Positions 63,999 through 64,000 of a stretch of 64,000 nt of DNA are shown piece after piece (the first letter of the stretch is position 1; every line of letters begins with the position of its first letter). Source of the stretch: a virus (taxonomy: Duplodnaviria > Caudoviricetes); IMG/VR virus record IMGVR_UViG_3300049792_000048, positions 32,001 through 96,000 of that record. One strand, 5' to 3'. The translations under genes were made by a program, and so were the position numbers. Below the pieces are notes generated by a model, which worked only from the letters and a program-made list of their open reading frames with translations, did not search any database and was not told where the DNA came from.

Positions 63999-64000
63999 CG

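Noticed and set aside
1-64000. tRNA, rRNA, introns/inteins, integrase or alternative genetic code
   Set aside because: None was recognised; conserved genes are uninterrupted under the standard code, and TGA, TAG and TAA all serve as stops.

Overview
This window is part of a large, GC-rich, tailed dsDNA bacteriophage genome, probably myovirus-like. It is densely coding and has no host housekeeping genes. The + strand carries virion morphogenesis genes (baseplate wedge, gp25-like, spike/hub, tail fibre, portal, terminase large subunit, putative head proteins) and a holin/spanin-like membrane cassette. It also carries a sigma70-like factor, an SNF2-type helicase and a 2065-aa single-chain beta-beta' RNA polymerase. 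Two - strand blocks hold (i) replication/recombination genes (PolA, primase, DnaB, SSB-like, RecA, Cas4-like nuclease, RusA, UDG-like, SF2 helicase; 22.3-39.5 kb) and (ii) a MoxR AAA+/VWA-peptidase module (45.9-50.4 kb). Two free-standing homing-type endonucleases are present. I could not recognise a major capsid, sheath, tape measure, endolysin, tRNA or CRISPR array, so the genome extends beyond the window. The most notable signals are: a streamlined fused RNAP plus a sigma factor; a recurrent leaderless TAnnnT promoter class on the morphogenesis/RNAP genes, against a CTATCA motif before other operons; a candidate -1 frameshift (GGGAAAC plus hairpin) that adds an unannotated Rho-N-like domain; and a K-x-A motif enriched in putative head proteins. 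All protein calls come from motif recognition by eye, with no database search.
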